64,000 nucleotides of DNA, from assembly GCA_032128875.1 (NCBI GenBank), contig JAVLKG010000001.1, forward strand, positions 448,001 through 512,000, read 5' to 3'. Made by a program: the position numbers and the translations under genes. The notes beneath the pieces were generated by a model that saw nothing but the letters and a program-made list of their open reading frames with translations, did no database searches and was not told where the DNA came from. Positions 1 to 8,921 of the stretch are shown in pieces (the stretch's first letter is position 1; every line of letters begins with the position of its first letter). The DNA is from Candidatus Melainabacteria bacterium 17Bon1m (GTDB taxonomy: Bacteria; Cyanobacteriota; Vampirovibrionia; Obscuribacterales; Obscuribacteraceae).

Positions 1-508
1 GCCCTCCGAAACCTCCAAATGAATGACACATCAGGCAACCTCTTTCATACACCAATTTTTTTCCTTCGCTAACAAGTTTTGCCTTATCTTGAACGGCAGA
101 TTCTGTGCGTTTTACACTATTATTCTTTGCATGCGGCTTTACTTCATAGCCTTCGTGTATCGATGGCAGTGACGCCACGTAAGCTGCTAACTTCTTTGCA
201 CTTGCTGCTGGAACACGTAAATGCGGCATTAGCTCTGCGTGTCCATATAAACGCAAAAACTCTTGCTTCATCTTTGGATCGTTGCTTATTCGCGACTCAA
301 TGAAAGTCTTACTACGCCGCGAACCTTCTCCTGCCAGTACTGGTCCAAGGCAACCGCCGCTTTTCCCGTCGCTGTGGCAGTTTTGGCAACTGGCTTTGAA
401 AAGCGCCCTGCCTTCGTTAAGTTCGCCTGTTCCCTTCCCGTACGAAGAATTACTGAAAAGTGCTGTCGTCAACATGGCAACTAAAAGCGAAAGAGCTCGA
501 AACTTCAA
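1..508 (-). CDS. Exported di-heme c-type cytochrome (3' end runs off the window; absent from the ORF track)
   Basis: Manual translation from TTG at 508 (GGAG upstream): signal-like FRALSLLVAMLTTALF, then CQNCH...GGCLGPVL...ELMPH and a second motif CLMCH near position 30. Colinear with the protein at 52141-52938. Confidence 0.85.
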   Translation of the reverse strand, partial: MKFRALSLLVAMLTTALFSNSSYGKGTGELNEGRALFKASCQNCHSDGKSGGCLGPVLAGEGSRRSKTFIESRISNDPKMKQEFLRLYGHAELMPHLRVPAASAKKLAAYVASLPSIHEGYEVKPHAKNNSVKRTESAVQDKAKLVSEGKKLVYERGCLMCHSFGGFGG

Positions 509-566
509 TTTTTTTCTCCATTTCTTTTCAGTACTCTGAACTAAATATTCCCAGTAACATCATCCT

Positions 567-2264
567 TCATTTTTGCTGCATGAGGGCTATCTGCTTTATT
601 TCTTTGAGATTTAATTTCCCATTTGCCAGGACCGGAAGTGTGTCCACCTTTATAAAATCATCTGCGTTCGGTATCCACAGGTTCGGCAGTTTCCCTTGCC
701 TTAACTCGTCGACGACCGTCTTCGGGTCTTTTGGCATATTCGAGTAAACAACCACCAGTCTTTCACCTCTTTTGTCATCAGGGACGGCAGTTACTGATAA
801 ACTGCCTGGCTGGGCGCCTGCGACATCTAAAATGGCGTCCTCGACAACGATATGTGAAATCATCTCGCCGGCAATCTTGGAAAATTGGCTCAATCTACCG
901 GTTATTGTTAGAAAGCCGTCTTCATCTAAAAAACCAATGTCTCCCGTGTTAAACCAGTCATCTTTTATTGCCTTTGCAGTTGCTTGAGGCTGTTTCAGAT
1001 AACCCAGCATGACCTGCGGTCCTTTGACGCTTATTAAACCTGCTTGTCCTTGTTTGAGTTCTGCACCAGTATTCACGTCAGTAATTCTTATGGCTGTTCC
1101 TGGAATGGGCAAACCGACGGTGCCTATTCTGTTTCCTTCGATTACTCTGCCGTCGGCGGTAGTAACATGATTTGGCACATTGCATGCCACCACCGGCGAT
1201 GTCTCTGCCAGCCCATAGCCTTGAATCGGCGCAAATCCTAGAAATTGCTCGATTTCGTGGCTCTGCTGAAGACTGAGTTTTTCGCCGCCAACAATGCAAT
1301 TACGCAGCGAGCTGAATTGCTCCTTCTTTAGTCGTCGGGCAAAGATATTCATCATCGTTGGTGTGCAAACAAAGCAGGTAGCCTTGAAGGACTCGGATAA
1401 TTCTCCAACGCGACGCGCATCAAATGGGTCATAGTGGTACACCACAGTTTCTCCCAGGCAAAGCGGTGCCCACAGAGTCATTGTCAAGCCAAAGGAGTGA
1501 AAGAAAGGAATAATTCCGAGCAAGATTTCTCCGTTTTTGATTTGTCCCTGCTCTTTTATTGCTCTGATATTGGAAAGTATGTTCGAATGAGAAAGGACCA
1601 CCCCTTTCGGCTCGCTGGTAGAACCGGCCGTAAAAATTACGACGGCTGGGTCATTTATCTTTCCTTCTTTTCCCGGAAAGATAGATTTCTTGCGTAATCC
1701 CAGTTCTTCTAAATTTATCCTGTGATTGTCAGACAGTCCATGTAAGAATTCACCTACAAGCGACTCCGGCAAAAAATTTGATTCTGTTGCCGACTTTAGT
1801 TTCGTAAGAAAGTCAGCCTCCTTTTCCACTGATTCAATAAAAATCAATTTTGCATTGTATTCAAGGTTGATCTTCCGTGCCGCTGGCTTGGCTGTGATTA
1901 TGTGCTTTATTCCGCAGGATTCTATGTAATGGTCGAATGCCTTTTGACCAGCTGTGTAATTTAGATTCACCGCTACTTTGCCAAGAAGGCTAACAGCAAG
2001 ATTGGCAATTACGGACCCTGCTGAGGGGGGCAACATTATTCCGACGCAAACAGTAGAATTCAGAGTCTTCTTCAACAAATTTGCAAGGGCAATCGCTCGA
2101 ACGAGTAATTGACCATAGGTCAGCTTGAAGCCTAAAGAGTCGCACACTGCAAGTGCGTGCGGCTGCAACCGTGCTTGATGGAAAAACGCTTGTGGTAGAG
2201 AGTTTGCCTGAATTGATTGATCAAGCGAAAAGTGTTTGAATTTGTATGCTGGTTTAATTAGCAT
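567..2264 (-). CDS. AMP-binding acyl-ACP/acyl-CoA synthetase resembling the synthetase half of Aas
   Basis: ANL motifs IFTAGSTSEPKGV, GYGLAETSP, TGDIG, RLSQFSKIAGEM and final GK; no PlsC acyltransferase domain seen. Confidence 0.85.
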   Translation of the reverse strand: MLIKPAYKFKHFSLDQSIQANSLPQAFFHQARLQPHALAVCDSLGFKLTYGQLLVRAIALANLLKKTLNSTVCVGIMLPPSAGSVIANLAVSLLGKVAVNLNYTAGQKAFDHYIESCGIKHIITAKPAARKINLEYNAKLIFIESVEKEADFLTKLKSATESNFLPESLVGEFLHGLSDNHRINLEELGLRKKSIFPGKEGKINDPAVVIFTAGSTSEPKGVVLSHSNILSNIRAIKEQGQIKNGEILLGIIPFFHSFGLTMTLWAPLCLGETVVYHYDPFDARRVGELSESFKATCFVCTPTMMNIFARRLKKEQFSSLRNCIVGGEKLSLQQSHEIEQFLGFAPIQGYGLAETSPVVACNVPNHVTTADGRVIEGNRIGTVGLPIPGTAIRITDVNTGAELKQGQAGLISVKGPQVMLGYLKQPQATAKAIKDDWFNTGDIGFLDEDGFLTITGRLSQFSKIAGEMISHIVVEDAILDVAGAQPGSLSVTAVPDDKRGERLVVVYSNMPKDPKTVVDELRQGKLPNLWIPNADDFIKVDTLPVLANGKLNLKEIKQIALMQQK

Positions 2265-3096
2265 GGGCTGAGACAGACTTCTTGTGTTTTTGTTTGGGTT
2301 TGTTGTTGCTGAAGAAAAGCAGCGTTGCCAGACCTGTAAAACATCCAGGAAATGTCAAACTTGGATTTAGTTTCCATGCCAGAGATCCTCCTGCCAGCAG
2401 CGCCGAATATGACGGTGCATGAGCGAACAATCGCTGGATTTTACTAATTTTCGCAATGCTGACGATCTCTATATCCTTCGAATTTTCAAGATCCGAATAG
2501 AGAATCGCAGGTTTGCCGAAAACCTGACTCACATGCAGTTCGATCGCATTCGGCAACTGTTTTAGCGTTTCATATATTAGCTGTGTGCAGTAAAACGAAT
2601 TCGTTTTTGTCAGATCGAATTTGCTGTTGAAGGGCTTTCCGAGTTTGCCGCGCAAGAAGGAAAGAGCAGATTGAATGTCTGCCGAATCTTTGTAGCGAGG
2701 TCTCAATATGGCTATTTTGCTGGCTTTGAGAAACTCATCCACGTCTACTACCGAGACATAAGGTTTTGAGCCGATGTCTATCACTTCATTCGAGCCGGCG
2801 TACACGCCGGAATGAATCCAGTACGATTTGAAGACGCTGGCACTTAGTTGCGCGAGAAGGAATTTGCAGTCGTCCTTCAGCAAAATATCGCCTGCGGCCA
2901 ACTGTGCCTTCAAAGCCTCTCTGCTTTCTTCTGATAGATACGCATTAAGCGTTGGAAAACGAAGATTCATTTTTCTTGCCGCAACCAGGACATAGCCTCG
3001 TCTAAGACGTCTTTCTAAGCGCGATGGCAGTCTGCGTCGGACACTAGCCGGCATTGTTTTTGAGTCGTAACTAGAGTCCCGTTTGTCTTCAGTCAT
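2254..3096 (-). CDS. Permuted papain-like NlpC/P60 (YiiX/YebB-like) hydrolase with hydrophobic C-terminus
   Basis: GDILL...WIHSGVY (His first) ...GKPFNSKFD...FYCTQL (Cys second); overlaps the downstream synthetase by 11 nt. Confidence 0.75.
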   Translation of the reverse strand: MTEDKRDSSYDSKTMPASVRRRLPSRLERRLRRGYVLVAARKMNLRFPTLNAYLSEESREALKAQLAAGDILLKDDCKFLLAQLSASVFKSYWIHSGVYAGSNEVIDIGSKPYVSVVDVDEFLKASKIAILRPRYKDSADIQSALSFLRGKLGKPFNSKFDLTKTNSFYCTQLIYETLKQLPNAIELHVSQVFGKPAILYSDLENSKDIEIVSIAKISKIQRLFAHAPSYSALLAGGSLAWKLNPSLTFPGCFTGLATLLFFSNNKPKQKHKKSVSAHAN

Positions 3097-3113
3097 GGCT
3101 TTCCAAACCCGCC

Positions 3114-3545
3114 CTACTTCAACGTTTGTAAGTACTCAACCAAGCTGTCGATTTCCCACTTCTCTAAATTCTGAGGCGGCATCAAATTTAAGTCGACATC
3201 GAATGATCCTTGCTGTTTGTCGAAGTGTTTGTCCGGGTCTTTAATATGCTCGCGTATGAAATCCTTCGACCGTTTGCTTGCAATGTTGTCCAGCGAATAA
3301 CCATTTTTGCAACCTTTGCCTTCGATGCTGTGGCAATCGAAGCACTGATAAGCTTTATAGAGCAATTTACCTTGTTTGGCAGAGGGCTCAACCGGTTTGG
3401 AATGCCTTGACCGCTTGATTGTCTTAGCTGTTAGCGCCTTTGATTTCTGTGCATCAGCGCCCTCTGTCTGTTTTTGTCCTGCATAAACACCACTGACCGA
3501 CAAAAGAAGTAACGTAAAGGTAGCTGCCGTAAGTCTTTTAGACAA
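3114..3545 (-). CDS. Exported mono-heme cytochrome c
   Basis: Signal peptide, CFDCH, ...FIREHIKDP...LMPP (Met ligand). Start set at TTG 3545, overlapping the usp stop; uncertain. Confidence 0.8.
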   Translation of the reverse strand: MSKRLTAATFTLLLLSVSGVYAGQKQTEGADAQKSKALTAKTIKRSRHSKPVEPSAKQGKLLYKAYQCFDCHSIEGKGCKNGYSLDNIASKRSKDFIREHIKDPDKHFDKQQGSFDVDLNLMPPQNLEKWEIDSLVEYLQTLK

Positions 3546-4452
3546 TGTAATGCACCTTTTTTTCTTTGACTTTCTGCTTTTGTGGAACAACTTCAACCGA
3601 GGACATTGAATGTACCGCAACGGCCTCGGACACGCTTCCTAGTATTAGTTTATCAATGCCCCGCCGACCATGTGAACCAAGGATAACAAGGTCCGCCTCC
3701 CATTCCTTGGCCTTTTCTATCAATTCAGTTTTGGCATCGCCTCTCAGCATCTCCGCGTGGGCTGACTTGTTGCCAAATCTATCATTGAGTTTTACTTCAG
3801 CAGCGTCAAGCCAGCTTGTTCTCTGTGCCACCATCGCATCATAATGCAATTTCATGCTCTTCATTGCTTCGGCGCCCAGGTGAGTGAGCAGCGGACCAGG
3901 TCTCTCCGGTACGACGTTGATGCATTTAAATGTTGTATTTACCGGCCAGTTTGAAGACAAAACATGCTCGACGAGCTTATCGGCGTTGTCTTTGTCGTCC
4001 ATGGCGATAATCACTCTGTTGTCTTCTTTATTTCCAGCCCGTTCCTTCTTTCTTACAACTCGCACTGCACAGCAAGCCTCAAGCAGGATTCTCCTGGATA
4101 CGCTGCCTAATATCAGATAAGTCAAGCCTGAGCGTCCACGGGTGCCTACCATTACTAAATCCGGCTTCCATTCTTGACTCGTACGCAGTATTTCGTCGGC
4201 CGCAAAGCCATCAGGCACAGAACCGGTTACGGTCGCATCAGAATGAGCCTCGCGTAATTTATCGACAGCATGATGGACGAGTCTTTCAGATTCAGCGACA
4301 ACGTGTTCTATAAGATCTACCGGCAAAGGATCGAGGAAGTCCAGGGCAGAAATAACCATAATCTCGCTGCCTTGTGGGAGCGGCATGGAAGCCGCTTCAT
4401 CGATCACTTGGTTGGATGAATCCGAACTGTCGATTCCGATCAAGAGTTTCAT
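3538..4452 (-). CDS. Tandem-domain universal stress protein
   Basis: MKLLIGID; two USP motifs GTRGRSG...LGSVS and GSHGRRG...LGSVS. Confidence 0.9.
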   Translation of the reverse strand: MKLLIGIDSSDSSNQVIDEAASMPLPQGSEIMVISALDFLDPLPVDLIEHVVAESERLVHHAVDKLREAHSDATVTGSVPDGFAADEILRTSQEWKPDLVMVGTRGRSGLTYLILGSVSRRILLEACCAVRVVRKKERAGNKEDNRVIIAMDDKDNADKLVEHVLSSNWPVNTTFKCINVVPERPGPLLTHLGAEAMKSMKLHYDAMVAQRTSWLDAAEVKLNDRFGNKSAHAEMLRGDAKTELIEKAKEWEADLVILGSHGRRGIDKLILGSVSEAVAVHSMSSVEVVPQKQKVKEKKVHYIV

Positions 4453-4646
4453 TTCTTTGTACCTGCTTATGCTGGCTGTGCCACGAATTTCTTCATTGTT
4501 TCTTACTTTCTTGACTGACGTATCAGTCAAATTGACTAATCGAAAAGAGTTGTTGAAAGGACTAATGTTGACCTGAATCATCCTTGAGAACAATGTCCCT
4601 TTAGGCGCAAAGGTCACACAATTAGAAAACTACTTCTTTCAATTAG

Positions 4647-4865
4647 ATGACATTGAAGATGAAAACAAAAAGCGAACGCTCAAGTGATTCAGATGCGCAA
4701 AAGTGCGCGGCAGCACATTGCCACTGCGTTTGCCGCGACCGTGAATACTGCTCGAAGCGCTGCGAATCTGCCTGCGACGGTCAGGAAATATGCCGGTGCG
4801 AGCATTCTCTTTGCGCTGGCAAAGAGTGCTATTCGCCGGAGGAATCGGCAAAAGTTGTAAAGTAA
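4647..4865 (+). CDS. Bacterial metallothionein-like protein
   Basis: 11 Cys and 3 His; pattern KC...HCHC...YCSxxC...CxCxHxxC resembles SmtA/BmtA. Alternative start at 4659. Confidence 0.7.
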   Translation: MTLKMKTKSERSSDSDAQKCAAAHCHCVCRDREYCSKRCESACDGQEICRCEHSLCAGKECYSPEESAKVVK

Positions 4866-4866
4866 A

Positions 4867-4890
4867 GAAGCCACCATTTATGGTGGCTTC
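4867..4890. terminator. Hairpin between convergent genes, probable terminator
   Basis: GAAGCCACCAT-TT-ATGGTGGCTTC perfect inverted repeat. Confidence 0.6.
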
Positions 4891-4918
4891 GCGTGGCTCA
4901 TTCAAAAGTATGAGCCAC

Positions 4919-5680
4919 TCAGACTATGCCGCGCCGCAGTGCATGTACCGCTGCTTGGGTTCTGTCGTCTACAGACAGCTTATTGAGAATGTTTCTGACG
5001 TGCGTTTTTGTTGTAGGCAGCGAAATAAAGAGCTTGTCTGAAATTTGCTGGTTGGACAGACCTTCGACAATCAACCCCAGCACTTCGAGCTCTCTTGTCG
5101 AAAGCGGTTCTACATACGGTCTGTCCGGTACATGACCTTCGTCCGGAGAATCTTTCTTTCCTGCATGGGCCGCCGGCTCTGCATCTTGGTTTTCTTCCCC
5201 GGTCGCTGCTTGCTCTTGGGAGGTATGTGACTGTTGCGAATACAACTTCAGAACTTTGCTGGCAATGGCGGTATCCAGCCAGGCATCGCCTGCCTTTACT
5301 GTGCGTATAGCCATGTAAAGACGCGAATCTTCGACGTCTTTCAAGCAATAACCGGATGCACCGGCAGTGAAAGAAGCCATAACATCCTGGTCATTATCAT
5401 GTTGCGTAAGCATGATGATTTTGGCGTTACTTCCGCTTTCCATAATCTTCTTCGACGCTTGAATGCCGTCCATTATCGGCATGCCTACATCCATCAAGAT
5501 TACGTCTGGTTTGAGCAAGGCAGCTTCTCGAACCGCTTCTTCTCCATTGGATGCCTCCCCGACAACAATTAAATCGCTTTCACGCTTCAAGACTGTTTTA
5601 ATACCAACCCGCGTCAGGGCGTGGTCTTCAACCAATAGAATGCGTATCGTCTTGCCTTCGTTTTTGCTTTCGTCCGTCAT
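4919..5680 (-). CDS. NarL/LuxR-family response regulator (RR1)
   Basis: REC domain (LVEDH, LMDVGMP, MLT, GYCLKD), long polar linker, LuxR HTH (LSTRELEVL...TKTHVRNILNKL...DDRTQAAV). Confidence 0.95.
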   Translation of the reverse strand: MTDESKNEGKTIRILLVEDHALTRVGIKTVLKRESDLIVVGEASNGEEAVREAALLKPDVILMDVGMPIMDGIQASKKIMESGSNAKIIMLTQHDNDQDVMASFTAGASGYCLKDVEDSRLYMAIRTVKAGDAWLDTAIASKVLKLYSQQSHTSQEQAATGEENQDAEPAAHAGKKDSPDEGHVPDRPYVEPLSTRELEVLGLIVEGLSNQQISDKLFISLPTTKTHVRNILNKLSVDDRTQAAVHALRRGIV

Positions 5681-5783
5681 ATTTTAATTTCCAAGCCGGG
5701 ACGTAATTATATATACTCCCAAATCGAAGCAGTAGTCTGCTTGACGACTGGCGTGTGACCGAATAAATACTGTGGGCTTGACA

Positions 5784-7388
5784 ATGAATGTGACTTCTCC
5801 ATTTTCGGAGCTGAGTGAATCTGAGATCAAACAGCGCCAGCGTTGGCTTGAATTCGAGTCGATTTCTGAAGCGGAAATAGCTGCTATTAACGCGCTTCTC
5901 GAAAAACATGCAGATGAGCTCATGGACAGCATGTACGAACACTTTTTGAGCTTCGAGGAAACGCGCAGTTTCTTCCCTACCGAGCAGATAATGCAGAGAG
6001 CCAAAGGCGCTCAAAAGCAGTATTTCTTGCGACTCGGTCGGGGCGTCTATGACACTGATTATGTGAGAGACAGACTCAGAGTAGGATTGACTCACCACCG
6101 AATTGAGCTCGATCCAAAATGGTACATAGGAGCTTACAACAGAGCTGCATCATGGCTTATGCCGAGACTCTTTGCCGAAAACGATTTAAGCGAATCGGCT
6201 AAAGTCGACCTGGCGAGGTCACTTCTAAAACTCATTTTTTTCGACATGGGGCTGGCCATTGAAAGTTATATCGGGTCGAAAGAATTGGCTCTCCTCGAGC
6301 ATCGAGATGCAATTAGAGAGTTAGAGACGGAAAAGAGAGTCACAAAGAGCATTCTCGAAAGTGCTCCTATCGGCATTGTAAGTTTAGATCTCGATTACAG
6401 ATGTCTTGAGTGCAATGAAGAGTTTGCTCAGCTTGTTTCCTGTGATTCCACTTCTGACGTTATTGGAAAATTGCTCTTTGATCTGGCCCCAAAGCTTCCT
6501 CAGGAGCCTTTCAAACACGTAATCGAAACAGGTCAACCAAGCCAGTTCTCGGCCAATGCTCTTAATTTTGCAAAGAACAATCCCACTGAGGTTACTTACT
6601 GGGATTGGGCGGCCTGGCCGGTAAAAAACAAAGGTGTATACGGCATTGTTGCCATGTTCTCGAATGCAACCGATAGAGTTCAGTTGCAACAACAAAGAGA
6701 AGATTTTGTTGCCACTCTTACTCATGACCTAAAAACCCCTGTTTCTGCAACCAATCGTGCGGTCAAGCTCATTCTTGCCGGGGATTTTGGCGAAGTTTCT
6801 GCCGAACTAAGGGAAATTCTCGAGACAGTTTTGCAAAGCAACACAACTCTGTATGCGCTCGTTCAAACTTTGCTTGATGTCTATCGCTTTGACAGCGGTG
6901 TCAAGGTTATGGATATGAAAGAGTGTAACCTGGCCGGGATAGTTACACAGCTTGTCACCGAAATCATGCCTTTGGCTCAAGAAAGGCGCATTCAGCTCAA
7001 GGCTGTTTTGCCATTTGATCTTGAGTGCATAAATTGCGACCAAGAAGAAGTCCGCCGTGTTGTGCAGAACTTGATTGACAATTCGCTTAAATTCACTCCG
7101 GCTGGCGGTACCGTCACCGTCACAATGTCTCAGAACGATGAACTCACCACCGTCTCGGTAAAAGACACTGGAAAAGGCATCCCGCCTGAGAACATGTCCA
7201 AGCTATTCCAAAGATTCTGGCAAGCCGGATCAAGCGGTCGATACTACGCTAGTACCGGACTCGGTCTTTACCTGGCAAGAAAAATTGTCGAAGGTCATGG
7301 CGGCAAAATTTCATGCGAGAGTAAGGTGGGAGAAGGCAGCACATTCTCGTTCGAGCTGCCTAATTCAGGCCAAACTCCAAAGAGCTAG
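5784..7388 (+). CDS. Globin-coupled sensor histidine kinase (globin-PAS-HisKA-HATPase), cytoplasmic
   Basis: HemAT/protoglobin-like N-terminus (MYEHF with B10 Tyr, VGLTHHRIELDPKWYIGAY with proximal His), PAS-like ILESAPIGIV, H-box THDLKTP, NLIDNSLKF, DTGKG, STGLGL; no transmembrane segment. GTG at 5772 is an alternative start. Confidence 0.9.
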   Translation: MNVTSPFSELSESEIKQRQRWLEFESISEAEIAAINALLEKHADELMDSMYEHFLSFEETRSFFPTEQIMQRAKGAQKQYFLRLGRGVYDTDYVRDRLRVGLTHHRIELDPKWYIGAYNRAASWLMPRLFAENDLSESAKVDLARSLLKLIFFDMGLAIESYIGSKELALLEHRDAIRELETEKRVTKSILESAPIGIVSLDLDYRCLECNEEFAQLVSCDSTSDVIGKLLFDLAPKLPQEPFKHVIETGQPSQFSANALNFAKNNPTEVTYWDWAAWPVKNKGVYGIVAMFSNATDRVQLQQQREDFVATLTHDLKTPVSATNRAVKLILAGDFGEVSAELREILETVLQSNTTLYALVQTLLDVYRFDSGVKVMDMKECNLAGIVTQLVTEIMPLAQERRIQLKAVLPFDLECINCDQEEVRRVVQNLIDNSLKFTPAGGTVTVTMSQNDELTTVSVKDTGKGIPPENMSKLFQRFWQAGSSGRYYASTGLGLYLARKIVEGHGGKISCESKVGEGSTFSFELPNSGQTPKS

Positions 7389-7912
7389 TTTTTCCCGGTT
7401 CCAGAAGCCACGGCTTTCTTCTCGGATTTTTCGTCTACCGTTTTTCTGGGAACTCTCACTATCATCACGTTGCAAGGCGCGTGCGAAACGACCGCTCCTG
7501 ATACGCTTCCGAGGAAGAATTTGGTGAAACCGGTACGCCCGTGGGAGCCCACCACTATCATGTCGGCAGACAAACGCTTTGCTTCATCCACAATAACTTC
7601 TGCCGGCATCCCTCCAACCACGTCTGTTTCGATCTCAAATTGAGCCAGTTTTTGTTGCATGTCTGATTTCACCCTAAGCAAAAGCTTTTCGGCGTAATCA
7701 CGTACATCCTTTTCTACCGATTCAAGAAAAAGTGGATAGCTGGCCATTGGGTGATCCATCATGATCGGCGCAATAACATGAATTAGCCTGAACTTCGTCC
7801 CGTCCGTCCATTTGTGATTGGTGAGAAAGTCCACGATAAGAGGTGCGGCCGAACTTTCATCGATTGCAGCCAGGACTAGATATCCACTCTTTTTTTCGTC
7901 TTTGTTGTTCAT
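7385..7912 (-). CDS. Universal stress protein (single domain)
   Basis: VLAAIDE...VVGSHGRTG...LGSVSGAVVSHAPCNV. Confidence 0.9.
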   Translation of the reverse strand: MNNKDEKKSGYLVLAAIDESSAAPLIVDFLTNHKWTDGTKFRLIHVIAPIMMDHPMASYPLFLESVEKDVRDYAEKLLLRVKSDMQQKLAQFEIETDVVGGMPAEVIVDEAKRLSADMIVVGSHGRTGFTKFFLGSVSGAVVSHAPCNVMIVRVPRKTVDEKSEKKAVASGTGKN

Positions 7913-7917
7913 GATGC

Positions 7918-8895
7918 TCACTTGCTTTGTTTTTTGTGATTGGTCGTGATGAGTTCGTTTTTTCTTTCTTCTGTCAATTTGAAGCCTTTGTGATCTTCGG
8001 GCCACAGAAGCAGGCAGGGCAATGTCAAACTGACAATGAAGTCTTCCGGTGCAGTGCCTAGAACCGTTATTCTCTTCTTGCCAATGTCTCGTGTAGGCAA
8101 AACGAAAAGAGTCTCTGCAAAGATACTTTCATCTGTTTCACCGGCCTTGTTTTCGTAAAAGAGATCCTGGCGACTCATAGCTGCATGACCTTCAAAGCAG
8201 TCGATCTCAATGTCTATGCCTTTGGCCTCAGGCAGCTCGGAGAGAAGATCCTTCTTAAAGTTGGCCGGTTTTTCTTCTCTCACACCCGTTGCCCAAAATT
8301 CCAGTTTGGGTGTAAGACCCAGCACCAATGCCAGATTTAGGCAGGAGCGGATGTATTGTATGTTGATGTGGTCCATCTCTGAAACAATGGTCATCCCCTG
8401 CCAGACGGCCGGCTTTGATTGTACGATCAGCACGGGAATGGGCGATTCATGCGCAATTCCTTCGGCAATAGAGCGCCTTATGTAATGATTGAAGTCACGG
8501 TCTACCGCACGAAGCCCCGAAGGAGCATGTCCTAGCACAATCAGATCGTAGTCTTTTGCATCTTGTGCGAGCAATTCCACTGGATTACCTTCTTTGGTAA
8601 TTACTTTTCCTTCGATTTTTTTGCCTTCTGCGATTGCCTCATATTTAGACAGCAACTGGTTGCTTAGAGAGCGCATCGACTCCATAGTCTGGTCATAAGC
8701 TTGTACGTAAGGACCGCTGCCAATAAATCCAGGCTTGTCGCTTCTTAAGAGTTCCCAGACTGTGCGGCAGTCAATAATGTGCTCTGCAGTCACGGTCGCA
8801 TTTATCTTTTCAGCAATAAACCAAGCTAGCTCCGCTGCGTTGCGAGATTGCTCAGACCCGCTCAGTGCAACGAGGATCGAATGTTTGCTCATCAT
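7918..8895 (-). CDS. Universal stress protein with divergent C-terminal half
   Basis: ILVALSGSEQS...GNPVELL...DLIVLGH...SIAEGIAHESPIPVLIV. Confidence 0.8.
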   Translation of the reverse strand: MMSKHSILVALSGSEQSRNAAELAWFIAEKINATVTAEHIIDCRTVWELLRSDKPGFIGSGPYVQAYDQTMESMRSLSNQLLSKYEAIAEGKKIEGKVITKEGNPVELLAQDAKDYDLIVLGHAPSGLRAVDRDFNHYIRRSIAEGIAHESPIPVLIVQSKPAVWQGMTIVSEMDHINIQYIRSCLNLALVLGLTPKLEFWATGVREEKPANFKKDLLSELPEAKGIDIEIDCFEGHAAMSRQDLFYENKAGETDESIFAETLFVLPTRDIGKKRITVLGTAPEDFIVSLTLPCLLLWPEDHKGFKLTEERKNELITTNHKKQSK

Positions 8896-8921
8896 CTATC
8901 TCCTGAAATTTGATTGAAAAA

